A DNA stretch of 59,446 bases from Nemertoderma westbladi (taxonomy: Eukaryota > Animalia > Xenacoelomorpha): positions 1 to 59,446 of the forward strand of contig JAUCBJ010003217.1 in the NCBI GenBank assembly GCA_032718475.1. Direction: 5' to 3'. The notes under the pieces were generated by a model that was given only the letters and a program-made list of their open reading frames with translations, was not told where the DNA came from and searched no databases. Positions 12,011 through 25,970 of this stretch are shown one piece after another. The translations under genes and the position numbers were made by a program. Position 1 is the first letter of the stretch, and each line of letters opens with the position of its first letter.

Positions 12011-14370
12011 GAGAGCACAAGTGCTTTTTGCAAGTGCAAACAAGTGCTTATTGACCGAGTTCGAGACTGTTTCCTTTACTGGTACCGCAGTAGGCCCACA
12101 GCAGTTAAAATTACGTATCAATCAATACCAGTAAATAATTTAATTTCTCATATAAAAGAGTGTCCCCGATAAAAAAAAAAAGAAAGAACTCTCTAATTTC
12201 AATTATCCGAAATTCAGATATTCTGCCCTCGTGTATTGAGTTTTGAGCAGTAAATTATCTTGATCACCGTTGACTGTGAACGACGCAACGTGTGGTTTTG
12301 CGGTACACAGCGCGGTTTACCGCAGCCCATTGAATTAACTGTGAACAGATATACGACGAGTTACCGCAACGGCAGGTCGGCACCACAACGGTACCATTGA
12401 GTGCGAACCGGGGGCTCTAAAGCAGTTTCTACAAAGTTACAAAAAAAAAAGCTGATTAATTTCCAAAAATCTTTGTAGTAATGTTCTAAAGTTATACGAA
12501 ACCGAACAAATCATAATATGAAATCCAAACTTAAACGCATAAATATTGTTGGTTAATTAGGATCGATTTTGATCACGTGATTATAAACACAATGGAAATA
12601 AAGCGTTTGAGAGACATACCTTCAGACACCAGTCTCTGAAGGTATTGATATAATTGATATCTGTCAGGGCTCACAACATTCAACATTAAGTATAAGTTGT
12701 GCTTTACATTCATTGTACACTTGCTGTAGGCCTACACTGTGATCAATTAAGGGGCAGTTAGCTGTTTCCTGTAATATATTAATAAGAACCAGCATTAGTA
12801 GCAACACCCCATAGATAAAGACAGAGCACAATGTAACGAACGACCAATGTGAATTATAATTATAAAAACACACAATGTAAATACAATATTATTTGTACCG
12901 TTAATTAAGGGTGGCTATTATGCGATCGCTCATCCCTTTAGTCTCTTAGTCAGTTAGTGTCTAAGCTCCTTTGTGCATAAACACTGAATAGGGAATAGCC
13001 ATACTACAGTAGAGTGCAGGGTGTAAACGCTGAGACGACAACCATTATCAACATTAACATTAATTAGTGTTAATATTGTACATGTTACACAGAAGGCCAT
13101 TCGAAATATATGTAGCTATAAACGAGAATGAAGAGCATAGGTTACAGTTGAGTATTTATCGTTCTCGGGTCTCGGTGGTGGTGTTGTGGGTTGCGATGCG
13201 TGCGTGTCCTTTACAACACCTATGGTATTTTCTAATTGTACCATTGAAATTGCAACCATGCAATTATATCAATTATTGTATCCCTGCATATGTACATTTG
13301 CATTCATATAGCAATGCAAAATTGTCTGCTTTATAAATATTTTAACACTTGCAAACTTTGGTTTATTGTTTTGGTTTCATACAACCGTATCTGTTACAAG
13401 TTGATTTACTTAACATTGCAATGGATACAATTTGGTGGATATAAATTCATAATGGATATAATAACGGAGCGGAGAGGAAGGATTATTGATTCTGGAACAT
13501 TCAAGTCCCCCCCCCCCCCCCCCCCCCCTATATATATATATATATTATATAATAATATATATAAGATCCACCTCCAGACGCGGTAAAAGGAGATACAGTG
13601 TACGTACAGATATAATGGGGTGTTTAGGGATACGGACATAATTGGACGGAGGCACTTGTAAACGGACGCAATTGGATACAACCCCAAATTTATATCATCC
13701 ATTGTGCCACTTTCATGCTCGTTATTCTAACTGGAGAAACCAAAACCATGCCACGGGATAATAATGATGGAATCCTTTGTGAACAAACAAAAATCAGATA
13801 GGATAATAATGTCTCTATTAGTTCCTCTTTATAATTAATGAGCCAATTTACTCCTGGAAATTTCTACGAAAATAAAAATATAAATATACGTAAATAATGT
13901 ACATATTTTAATTCAAAGGGGCCATATAAAATTAAATAAAAAATGTAGATTCAACGACAAACAATAAACAACACACTATAGATACAATGTGATATAATAT
14001 ATAGGCCTATATAGTAGTTGAAATTATTTGATTAATCATTGAGTGATGTTTGTTTACTAGGTGGAACGCTAGATCCAAGAAGTTCAAAGGAAAAAATAAC
14101 AACCAGTCAAAGCTGCGAGATAGCGCACTTTGTCTTCTTATTTGCTATTCAATCAACGAATGAATAAAATTATCAATAATTCATGCCTTTATGTTACTCT
14201 TAGTAATAATAATAACAGGATAAAGAGTAATTGAATCATACAAAATAATGAAGTGTATTGTGTTCGGCGTAGGGAATGCAGTATGTCAAGAAATTTACTA
14301 TTAAATCATCATCACCGTGAACCTGGGCATCTTGACAGTAAGTCAGAAGGATTATATTGTTCGAAGTTAG

Positions 14371-14782
14371 CGTTTAAACGGGTTCAGTCTTTACGGGATT
14401 TCCGAGATCGTGACCGGGAATATAACTCCTCGGGATCCCGTTTTTCGCGATCGGGATTGCAATTTTTCATTAAATTTCCTCATAGTTATTAGTATATGTG
14501 GCGGGTTTTGGGTATCACTCACTTTATCTTACACTTCTGAAATATTAGTAAGATAAAGTTAGATTAATATTATTTTGCAATTTATTTACTCTGGTTGGTT
14601 TATTGACATAAAAATTCGATATAATCAAAACATTTCCTTTCTGCAGGAACTATTTATCAGATATTCAACAAATTTACTTTACAATTTAAACTTCGGAATC
14701 CCGTTACAAAAAATGCCGGGATCGGGATTGCATTTTTCGCCGGGATCCCGGTTTTTCTGGATCGGGATCACGTTTAAATACG
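14371..14782. mobile_element. Degenerate MITE-like element with clustered CGGGAT(C/T)(C/G) motifs at both ends
   Basis: GC-rich CGGGATCCCG/GATCGGGATTGCA motifs at 14395-14460 and 14693-14770 flank an AT-rich core, with CGTTTAAA at both ends. No TSD was resolved. Confidence 0.45.
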
Positions 14783-14860
14783 AAGTACTGGCTGACAGGT
14801 AGTAAAAAGAATTTAAAATCAGAGTTAAAATTAACGTTCAAAAGGCGTTAGGTCTTTAAT

Positions 14861-14960
14861 GATGTAATGTAAATGGTTTCGTTCAGAAGTGGAAAAAATG
14901 AGAAAGCGCGTCACCGGGGGTTGAACCAGCGCTATACGTACGATTCGGCCTAACAGGCCT
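14861..14960 (-). mobile_element. tRNA-derived SINE, 5'-truncated copy
   Basis: Closely matches 42694-42791 (GGAAAAAATGAGAAAGCGCGTCAC.GGGGGTTGAACCAGCGCT). B-box GGTTCAACCC lies on the minus strand. Confidence 0.6.
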
Positions 14961-15317
14961 CATCTTTAGGCTTTGGAGGTAGATAGGGAGGGGCATCTGG
15001 CGCATTTAGTTGCGTGGTAGCGGTCTTTGCACGGTTCAGTGCAGAATTTGCCTGGACAACCACCACATAGTGAGTGGAAGGGTATTGGGTTGATCTTGAT
15101 AAACTGGAGGTGGTAAAAGCCATGTGGGGTTATTCGGGTAATAACGTGGCCGTGGTGGATACGTTGACCAAATGAGTTTCCATTCGCCATGAGAGGCTGG
15201 ACCCCGGATGTAGCCAACATCTTCGAATATTTGGAGACGACTAGCGCGGAAGTTCTTATATTATTTATTATACAATTTATGGGGGAAGATTAATTCTACA
15301 AGACTTGATTCGTCGAC

Positions 15318-18300
15318 CATTTTTAAAGCATAGAGGGGGCAGATAGGTGCTGGCCGAGCATTCTTAAAGCATAGAGGAGACAGATGGGTGCTGGCCGAGC
15401 ATTCTTAGAGCATTGAGGAGGCAGATAGGTGCAGGCCGAGCATTCTTAAAGCATAGAGGAGGCAGATAGATGCAAGCCGTGCATTCTTAAAGCATAGAGG
15501 AGGCAGATAGGTGCTGGTCGAGCATTCTTAAAGCATAGAGGAGACAGATGGGTGCTGGCCGAGCATTCTTAAAGCATAGAGGAGGCAGATAGATGCAAGC
15601 CGTGCATTCTTAAAGCATAGAGGAGGCAGATAGGTGCTGGTCGAGCATTCTTAAAGCATAGAGGAGACAGATGGGTGCTGGCCGAGCATTCTTAAAGCAT
15701 AGAGGAGGCAGATGGGTGCTGGCCGAGCATTCTTAAAGCATAGAGGAGGCAGATAGATGCAAGCCGTGCATTCTTAAAGCATAGAGGAGGCAGATAGGTG
15801 CTGGTCGAGCATTCTTAAAGCATAGAGGAGACAGATATGTGCTGGCCGAGCATTCTTAAAGCATAGAGGAGACAGATGGGTGCTGGCCGAGCATTCTTAA
15901 AGCATAGAGGAGACAGATATGTGCTGGCCGAGCATTCTTAAAGCATAGAGGAGACAGATGGGTGCTGGCCGAGCATTCTTAAAGCATAGAGGAGGCAGAT
16001 AGGTGCTGGTCGAGCATTCTTAAAGCATAGAGGAGACAGATATGTGCTGGCCGAGCATTCTTAAAGCATAGAGGAGACAGATATGTGCTGGCCGAGCATT
16101 CTTAAAGCATAGAGGAGACAGATGGGTGCTGGCCGAGCATTCTTAAAGCATAGAGGAGGCAGATAGATGCAAGCCGTGCATTCTTAAAGCATAGAGGAGG
16201 CAGATAGGTGCTGGTCGAGCATTCTTAAAGCATAGAGGAGACAGATATGTGCTGGCCGAGCATTCTTAAAACATAGAGGAGACAGATGGGTGCTGGCCGA
16301 GCATTCTTAAAACATAGAGGATGCAGATGGGTGCAGGCCGAGCATTCTAAAAGCATAGAGGAGGCAGATAGGTGCAAGCCGAGCATTCTTAAAGCATAGA
16401 GGAGACAGATGGGTGCTGGCCGAGCATTCTTAAAGCATAGAGGAGACAGATGGGTGCTGGCCGAGCATTCTTAAAGCATAGAGGAGACAGATGGGTGCTG
16501 GCCGAGCATTCTTAAAACATAGAGGATGCAGATGGGTGCAGGCCGAGCATTCTAAAAGCATAGAGGAGGCAGATAGGTGCAAGCCGAGCATTCTTAAAGC
16601 ATAGAGGAGGCAGATAGGTGCTGGTCGAGCATTCTTAAAGCATAGATGAGACAGATGGGTGCTGGCCGAGCATTCTTAAAGCATAGAGGAGACAGATGGG
16701 TGCTGGCCGAGCATTCTTAGAGCATTGAGGAGGCAGATAGGTGCTGGCCGAGCATTCTTAAAGCATAGAGGAGACAGATGGGTGCTGGCCGAGCATTCTT
16801 AGAGCATTGAGGAGGCAGATAGGTGCAGGCCGAGCATTCTTAAAGCATAGAGGAGACAGATGGGTGCTGGCCGAGCATTATTAAAGCATAGAGGAGACAG
16901 ATGGGTGCTGGCCGAGCATTCTTAAAACATAGAGGATGCAGATGGGTGCAGGCCGAGCATTCTAAAAGCATAGAGGAGGCAGATGGGTGCTGGCCGAGCA
17001 TTCTTAGAGCATTGAGGAGGCAGATAGGTGCAGGCCGAGCATTCTTAAAGCATAGAGGAGACAGATGGGTGCTGGCCGAGCATTATTAAAGCATAGAGGA
17101 GACAGATGGGTGCTGGCCGAGCATTCTTAAAACATAGAGGATGCAGATGGGTGCAGGCCGAGCATTCTAAAAGCATAGAGGAGGCAGATAGATGCAAGCC
17201 GTGCATTCTTAAAGCATAGAGGAGGCAGATAGGTGCTGGTCGAGCATTCTTAAAGCATAGAGGAGACAGATGGGTGCTGGCCGAGCATTCTTAAAGCATA
17301 GAGGAGACAGATATGTGCTGGCCGAGCATTCTTAAAGCATAGAGGAGACAGATGGGTGCTGGCCGAGCATTCTTAAAGCATAGAGGAGACAGATGGGTGC
17401 TGGCCGAGCATTCTTAAAACATAGAGGATGCAGATGGGTGCAGGCCGAGCATTCTAAAAGCATAGAGGAGGCAGATAGGTGCAAGCCGAGCATTCTTAAA
17501 GCATAGAGGAGACAGATGGGTGCTGGCCGAGCATTCTTAAAGCATAGAGGAGACAGATGGGTGCTGGCCGAGCATTCTTAAAGCATAGAGGAGACAGATG
17601 GGTGCTGGCCGAGCATTCTTAAAACATAGAGGATGCAGATGGGTGCAGGCCGAGCATTCTAAAAGCATAGAGGAGGCAGATAGGTGCAAGCCGAGCATTC
17701 TTAAAGCATAGAGGAGACAGATGGGTGCTGGCCGAGCATTCTTAAAGCATAGAGGAGACAGATGGGTGCTGGCCGAGCATTCTTAAAACATAGAGGATGC
17801 AGATGGGTGCAGGCCGAGCATTCTAAAAGCATAGAGGAGGCAGATAGGTGCAAGCCGAGCATTCTTAAAGCATAGAGGAGACAGATGGGTGCTGGCCGAG
17901 CATTCTTAAAGCATAGAGGAGACAGATGGGTGCTGGCCGAGCATTCTTAAAACATAGAGGATGCAGATGGGTGCAGGCCGAGCATTCTAAAAGCATAGAG
18001 GAGGCAGATAGATGCAAGCCGTGCATTCTTAAAGCATAGAGGAGGCAGATAGGTGCAAGCCGAGCATTCTTAAAGCATAGAGGAGACAGATGGGTGCTGG
18101 CCGAGCATTCTTAAAGCATAGAGGAGACAGATATGTGCTGGCCGAGCATTCTTAAAGCATAGAGGAGACAGATGGGTGCTGGCCGAGCATTCTTAAAGCA
18201 TAGAGGAGACAGATGGGTGCTGGCCGAGCATTCTTAAAACATAGAGGATGCAGATGGGTGCAGGCCGAGCATTCTAAAAGCATAGAGGAGGCAGATAGGT

Positions 18301-21300
18301 GCAAGCCGAGCATTCTTAAAGCATAGAGGAGACAGATGGGTGCTGGCCGAGCATTCTTAAAGCATAGAGGAGACAGATGGGTGCTGGCCGAGCATTCTTA
18401 AAGCATAGAGGAGACAGATGGGTGCTGGCCGAGCATTCTTAAAACATAGAGGATGCAGATGGGTGCAGGCCGAGCATTCTAAAAGCATAGAGGAGGCAGA
18501 TAGGTGCAAGCCGAGCATTCTTAAAGCATAGAGGAGACAGATGGGTGCTGGCCGAGCATTCTTAAAGCATAGAGGAGACAGATGGGTGCTGGCCGAGCAT
18601 TCTTAAAACATAGAGGATGCAGATGGGTGCAGGCCGAGCATTCTAAAAGCATAGAGGAGGCAGATAGGTGCAAGCCGAGCATTCTTAAAGCATAGAGGAG
18701 ACAGATGGGTGCTGGCCGAGCATTCTTAAAGCATAGAGGAGACAGATGGGTGCTGGCCGAGCATTCTTAAAGCATAGAGGAGACAGATGGGTGCTGGCCG
18801 AGCATTCTTAAAACATAGAGGATGCAGATGGGTGCAGGCCGAGCATTCTAAAAGCATAGAGGAGGCAGATAGGTGCAAGCCGAGCATTCTTAAAGCATAG
18901 AGGAGGCAGATAGGTGCTGGTCGAGCATTCTTAAAGCATAGATGAGACAGATGGGTGCTGGCCGAGCATTCTTAAAGCATAGAGGAGACAGATGGGTGCT
19001 GGCCGAGCATTCTTAAAGCATAGAGGAGACAGATGGGTGCTGGCCGAGCATTCTTAAAACATAGAGGATGCAGATGGGTGCAGGCCGAGCATTCTAAAAG
19101 CATAGAGGAGGCAGATAGGTGCAAGCCGAGCATTCTTAAAGCATAGAGGAGGCAGATAGGTGCTGGCCGAGCATTCTTAAAGCATAGAGGAGGCAGATAG
19201 GTGCTGGCCAAGCATTCTTAAAGCATAGAGGAGGCGGCAGATAGGTGCAAGCCGAGCATTCTTAAAGCATAGAGGAGGCAGATAGGTGCTGGCCGAGCAT
19301 TCTTAAAGCATAGAGGAGGCAGATAGGTGCAAGCCGAGGATTCTTAAAGCCTAGAGGAGGCAGATAGGTGCTGGCCGAGCATTCTTAAAGCATAGAGGAG
19401 GCAGATAGGTGCAAGCCGAGCATTCTTAAAGCATAGAGGAGGCAGATAGGTGCTGGCCGAGCATTCTTAAAGCATAGAGGAGGTAGATAGGTGCTGGCCG
19501 AGCATTCTTAAAGCATAGAGGAGGCAGATAGGTGCAAGCCGAGGATTCTTAAAGCCTAGAGGAGGCAGATAGGTGCTGGCCGAGCATTCTTAAAGCATAG
19601 AGGAGGCAGATAGGTGCAAGCCGAGCATTCTTAAAGCATAGAGGAGGCAGATAGGTGCTGGCCGAGCATTCTTAAAGCATAGAGGAGGTAGATAGGTGCT
19701 GGCCGAGCATTCTTAAAGCATAGAGGAGGCAGATAGGTGCAGGCCGAGCATTCTTAAAGCATAGATGAGGCAGATGGGTGGGTGCTGGCCGAGCATTCTT
19801 AAAGCATAGAGCAGGCAGATAGGTGCTGGTCGAGCATTCTTAAAGCATAGAGGAGGCAGATAGGTGCAAGCCGAGCATTCTTAAAGCATAGAGGAGGCAG
19901 ATAGGTGCTGGCCGAGCATTCTTAAAGCATAGAGGAGGTAGATAGGTGCTGGCCGAGCATTCTTAAAGCATAGAGGAGGCAGATAGGTGCAGGCCGAGCA
20001 TTCTTAAAGCATAGATGAGGCAGATGGGTGGGTGCTGGCCGAGCATTCTTAAAGCATAGAGCAGGCAGATAGGTGCTGGCCGAGCATTCTTAAAGCATAG
20101 AGGAGACAGATGGGTGCTGGCCGAGCATTCTTAAAGCATAGAGGAGGCAGATAGGTGCTGGCCGAGCATTCTTAAAGCATAGAGGAGGCAGATGGGTGCT
20201 GGCCGAGCATTCTTAAAGCATAGAGGAGGCAGATGGGTGCTGGCCGAGCATTCTTAAAGCATAGAGGAGGCAGATGGGTGCTGGCCGAGCATTCTTAAAG
20301 CATAGAGGAGGCAGATAGGTGCAGGTCGAGCATTCTTAAAGCATAGATGAGGTAGATAGATGCTGGCCGAGCATTCTTAAAGCATAGGGGAGGTAGATAG
20401 GTGCAGGCCGAGCATTCTTAAAGCATAGATGAGGCAGATGGGTGGGTGCTGGCTGAGCATTCTTAAAGCATAGAGGAGGCAGATAGGTGCTGGCCGAGCA
20501 TTCTTAAAGCATAGAGGAGGCAGATAGGTGCTGGCCGAGCATTCTTAAAGCATAGAGGAGGCAGATAGGTGCAAGCCGAGCATTCATACAGCATAGGAGG
20601 AGGCATATAGGTGCAGGCCGAGCATTCTTAAAGCATAGAGGAGGCAGATAGGTGCTGGTCGAGCATTCTTAAAGCATAGAGGAGGCAGATAGGTGCTGGC
20701 CGAGCATTCTTAAAGCCTAGAGGAGGCAGATAGGTGCTGGCCGTGCATTCTTAAAGCATAGAGGAGGCAGATAGGTGCTGGCCGAGCATTCTTAAAGCAT
20801 AGAGGAGGCAGATGGGTGCTGGCCGAGCATTCTTAAAGCATAGAGGAGGCAGATAGGTGCAAGCCGAGCATTCTTAAAGCATAGAGGAGGCAGATAGGTG
20901 GAAGCCGAGCATTCTTAAAGCATAGAGGAGGCAGATAGGTGCTGGCCGAGCATTCTTAAAGCATAGAGGAGGCAGATGGGTGCTGGCCGAGCATTCTTAA
21001 AGCATAGAGGAGGCAGATGGGTGCTGGCCGAGCATTCTTAAAGCATAGAGGAGGCAGATGGGTGCTGGCCGAGCATTCTTAAAGCATAGAGGAGGCAGAT
21101 GGGTGCTGACCGAGCATTCTTAAAGCATAGAGGATGCAGATGGGTGCTGGCCGAGCATTCTTAAAGCACAGAGGAGGCAGATAGGTGCTGGCCGAGCATT
21201 CTTAAAGCATACAGTAGAGGAGGCAGATAAGTGCTGGCCGAGCATTCTTAAAGCATAGAGGAGGCAGATAGGTGCTGGCCGAGCATTCTTAAAGCATAGA

Positions 21301-21869
21301 GGAGGCAGATAGGTGCTGGCCGAGCATTCTTAAAGCATAGAGGAGGCAGATAGGTGCTGGCCGAGCATTCTTAAAGCATAGAGGAGGCCGATAGGTGCTG
21401 GCCGAGCATTCTTAAAGCATAGAGGAGGCAGATAGGTGGTGGCCGAGCATTGTTAAAGCATAGAGGAGGCAGATGGGTGCTGGCCGAGCATTCTTAAAGC
21501 ACAGAGGAGGCAGATAGGTGCTGGCCGAGCATTCTTAAAGCATAGAGGAGGCATATAGGTGCTGGCCGAGCATTCTTAAAGCATAGAGGAGGCAGATGGG
21601 TGCTGACCGAGCATTCTTAAAGCATAGAGGAGGCAGATGGGTGCTGGCCGAGCATTCTTAAAGCACAGAGGAGGCAGATAGGTGCTGGCCGAGCATTCTA
21701 AAAGCATACAGTAGAGGAGGCAGATAAGTGCTGGCCGAGCATTCTTAAAGCATAGAGGAGGCAGATATGTGCTGGCCGAGCATTCTTAAAGCATAGAGGA
21801 GGCAGATAGGTGCTGGCCGAGCATTCTTAAAGCATAGAGGAGGCAGATAGGTGCAAGCCGAGCATTCTT
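15318..21869. repeat. 41-bp satellite, about 160 copies, with local higher-order (3-4 monomer) structure
   Basis: Unit AAAGCATAGAGGAG(G/A)CAGAT(A/G)GGTGCTGGCCGAGCATTCTT. A block of variants (AAAACATAGAGGATGC...TTCTAAAAGC...CAAGCC) recurs at 16.3-19.1 kb. Confidence 0.98.
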
Positions 21870-23279
21870 CTGATATGAGTGGTTTGGATTTTGTGGAGAT
21901 CTTTCAGATTTTGGAGCGATAAATGGGGGCCAATAACGGATACTGCATAGAGAGTCGTGAGTGACTTTCATATTGAAGATTGTGAGACCGGGTTTAATAG
22001 AGAGAAGCTGAAGACTGTTGATAGAGCCAATCATTTTAAAAGTACTTTATTATTTTGTTTTGTTGTGAGTACTGAAACAGAGGTCGAGGGTTATAGTTTA
22101 CACAGAGGTAATCGCAGTAATTCGTAATTTCCACTGTGTTCCCGCCGTAAGATAGTTTATCTCCCTTTCTGAACTTTACAATTTTCGTTTTTTTGTGTAT
22201 TAAATTACAAACTCCCCAAATTTAATACAAACTACCCCAAAATAATTACATAACTCTCCCCAAAATAAATATATACTTTAAATATATATCTTTCCACAAA
22301 TTTTTTAATACATTTTCTAAAAATAAATACACATATTATTCCCAAAAATGAAATATATACGTCATCAAATTTACCGTTGGAATTATTAAAATGTCAGATA
22401 AACAAAAAATTATATATTTAATTAATAATAAACTACACAGCCACATCTATGTTCTTCTGAAATATTGACTTAAATTACGTGCAAATGAATATAGTGATGA
22501 ATTTCCTTGAAGTGAAGTGACTCCACGGCATTCCTTCCTGAATTTCCACAAACCGTATACCATCGTTTTATTGCGCTGTATTGTTGTATATTTTATAATT
22601 TAATTTATTTTAATGGCCTTGAGAGTGAAGCGGCAGCACAATTTGGTACTTGGGTTCGCGCCATGTATTCGACTAATTGAGACCCCGAGGTATGACAGAT
22701 TCGCACCACCCGTAGTGCTTACGGCGCCATAGCTGGACTGCATTAGGTTGTCATTAGCTTGTTTGGTGACTATAATGAAGTGGTTGTCTTCACCTTGTTA
22801 ATATGACATTTAAACATAACAAAATCCTGATGACTTGCTTAGTAACATTATTTTGAGAATTGTGCATTTTTCGTAAATATTGTTATCGTATTTTGATATA
22901 TTATATTAATTCACATTAACTTTCTTACACAGGGTCAAAAAACGGTAAATAAATCTAAACTTTAGAAATACATACCTTTTAAATAAGCGAAATTAAAATA
23001 TTCTGCTTAGCGAAATCTCATTGGACCGATTGACCGATGGTAATTTTCAATACTTTCTATCATATGTACATTGTCAATTTTAATCATATTGACGGCGCCG
23101 TTACTAAGATATTGATGTTCAAACATTGCTCCAGACATACAGACAGACTGTCTATCTATAATCATTGCAGCTGCAGCACATTGAGATGCTATGATGGCTT
23201 AACAATAAATAATTGTGCCACCGCCTTGCAATATACAATTGGCTTGCTGCAATGCAGCGTGCATTAAGATTGTTATGCC

Positions 23280-23758
23280 GGTGTACAAGGCTGAGATAAC
23301 TCCCTCTTGAAATTAACTCCCCAGTCGTCTCAGCCTAGGCTGAGAACATTCCTCAGTCGTCTCAGCCTAGGCTGGGAACACTCCTCAGTCGTCTCAGCCT
23401 AGGTTGGGAACACTCCCCAGTTATCTCAGCCTAGGATGATAACACTCCTCAGTCGTCTCAGCCTAGGCTGGGAACACTCCCCAGTTATCTCAGCCTAAGC
23501 TGATAACAATCCCCTCAGGCTGAGATAGCTCCCCCTTAGCCTGAGATGACTCCCCGAATTGAGTCATAGTTCACATCCGTACCTGTGGTATTTTCGTATA
23601 TTGCAAAAATAAGACTGTAACCTATGTTATTGAGTCATCGTTTATTGTTTTGGTTAGAAAAGAAATCTAGGGAGAAAACTGGGGAGTGTTCTCAGCTTAG
23701 GCTGAGAAGACTGAGGAGTCATATTTGGTGGGGAGTTATCTCAGCCTGTTGTTACACC
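23280..23758. mobile_element. MITE with imperfect ~25-bp TIRs and internal ~33-bp tandem repeats
   Basis: Left GGTGTACAAGGCTGAGATAACTCCC versus right GGGAGTTATCTCAGCCTGTTGTTACACC. Internal repeats are centred on the palindrome CAGCCTAGGCTG. No clear TSD. Confidence 0.7.
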
Positions 23759-24612
23759 AGCAGACAAACAGTTGTGACTATTTGGCCAGCACCGGACCGA
23801 AATGATATGGTAAGTCTATGATGTCGTGCGTGGGTGTACATTAATTTCGTTCATAACACTGTAATGTGCAACTTCACACACAAGTATCTAAATGGTAGGT
23901 CTAAGTAGCATTTTTGTACCGATTGGGTCGTATCCAAATTGTCCAGACATATCTACCAGAGTTGCTATAGCAACGCGTGTCAATCAGGCAGGTGAAAAGT
24001 ATTGTTGAAATTTTGGAAATATTTCGAATTATTAAAAAAAAGTTGTATAAATGATATTCATAATAGATGTGTTATAGTCTATAGTTTGCTTGTCTGTTAC
24101 GAACCAACCAACAGCGATTAAACAAGGCGCATAAGTAAGTAGACAGACAGCCAGCTACTAAACTATTCATTCCAAACCCTCCCAACCCAACCAGTGAGAA
24201 CTCTATAAATTCCTAGGATTGGGCCTATTCTCACTCTGTATAGAACTACAGAATAATTTGTATAATTTTTACTTGTAATTACTTTTAGTTTTAAATATAT
24301 AGAGCAATTTAATCATCATCACTGTAGGTTAATATTTTAATGTTATGATATATTTATAATAAATTTATAGTTAAAAAACTTAAGAGGTAATATTTAATTT
24401 TACATGATAAATCTATAATAAATTTATAAATCGTGGTGAAATTTTTTTGTTATTGATAATAATGTCGAATTTTTACTCTTATATCCCGAGGATGTGTGTT
24501 ACTCTTCAATTCATTAAAGTTTGTTCGCTTAATATTAGAATTAACTTTTTGTAAAAAATTTGTAATCTAGACTACAGTACTAGACAAACAACGACATAGT
24601 CAGTTGTTTTAA

Positions 24613-25970
24613 GGGGGGCACTCTGTAATTGAATGACGTTTTTATTTTCTTAATTTTGGCGCGGGACTATGTTCAAAAATAGTAATATTTGGCAAACCTA
24701 TGTAATATAGATCCAAAAAACTGAAAATCGCAAAAAAATTTTTTTTTAATTTTAATTTTGCTAATTAACATAATTTATTCAAATTTTTAAAAAAAGGCTT
24801 CTAGAACCGCAATTTTGATTCAAATTGTCCAAAATTTGGTTCGAATGTCCGGAACAATGTTATAAAACGATGCAATTGACAGAATTTAAACATCTGTCTT
24901 ACTTTTAAAATTATTCCATTTTTTCGAAATTTTTCACCAAAAATAACTAAAAAACTCGAAAAAGTCACAAAAAATTTCGAATTTTGACTATAACTTTGGT
25001 TAAAATCAAAATTTCAAAATTTTGTCAATTGCATAGTTAAAACACTTCATCAAGACCACGCATGCCAAAAATCAGCCAGTTTTGACCAATTCCCTACAAG
25101 TAGTAGCATTTTAAAATATAAAAAAGTGCAAAAAAATGAAATAGGAATAAATCCAATTTAAAGTTCGAAAGCAGATTAGTTTGATAAAAATATCTTAGTT
25201 TTGCAATATTTTCAGTTAAAATAACTCTATTTACGAATTTTTTTTTTTTAACATGTAGTGCTCCATGTGCTACATGCGGAATTTTCGGTTTTAAGTAAAG
25301 ATCACCAAATACGATGTATATTAATTAATGATTATGACATTGTGACATAGTGATTTTGACATTTACGTTCTGGGCATATACTACTGCAATCTTGTAATTC
25401 GTGTAATCAGAATTTCAGAATCCTAGGCTAACCTAACAGCTGTGACTGTTCTAGCTACCATGAGCTAGGGTTAGGCAGACGGTTCCTGCTAGGATTAGGG
25501 AGCAAACGGTTAATATTGGGGTTAGGGTTAGATTACAGTTAGGTTGGGGTTCTGACTATGTTGACCCTAACCAAAAAAATTAACCCACACTACCGGTACG
25601 GCAGTGTGGGTAGGGACAGATTTGCGTTAGAGCCGAATTCACAGTCAGACAGTACAAGGGAAAGGGACTAATGTTCACAGATACTCGTTTAAATTTACCG
25701 CCACTGATGCTTAGATACAGTTGCTAAGCAACATTACACTGGATACACCAGAAAACCGAAAATAAACTTCTTATGAGTGAAAATACGAAAAATTTGGATA
25801 TTTTTGTGCCAGATTAAGGTGTACGAAAGTCCATATATCTCGAAAACTAAAAGTCGCTCTGTCAAACCGTTTGCATATTTGGAATCTCCATTAAAAATCG
25901 GCTTAGAACAAAAAATAAAAAAAATGACCAAAATTCTTAAAAAAAAAAATTTAATTACAGAGTGCCCCCC
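24613..25970. mobile_element. Non-autonomous DNA transposon with TTAA TSD, Kolobok-like
   Basis: Perfect 18-bp TIR GGGGGGCACTCTGTAATT / AATTACAGAGTGCCCCCC, with TTAA at 24609-24612 and 25971-25974. GG..CC termini fit Kolobok better than piggyBac (CC..GG). No long ORF. Confidence 0.85.

Noticed and set aside
5396-12039. Dozens of ORFs with YNISSGRVVYIQHIVRASCLHTT repeats
   Set aside because: They are translations of a 31-bp satellite (not a multiple of 3) cycling through all frames, with no unique coding context.
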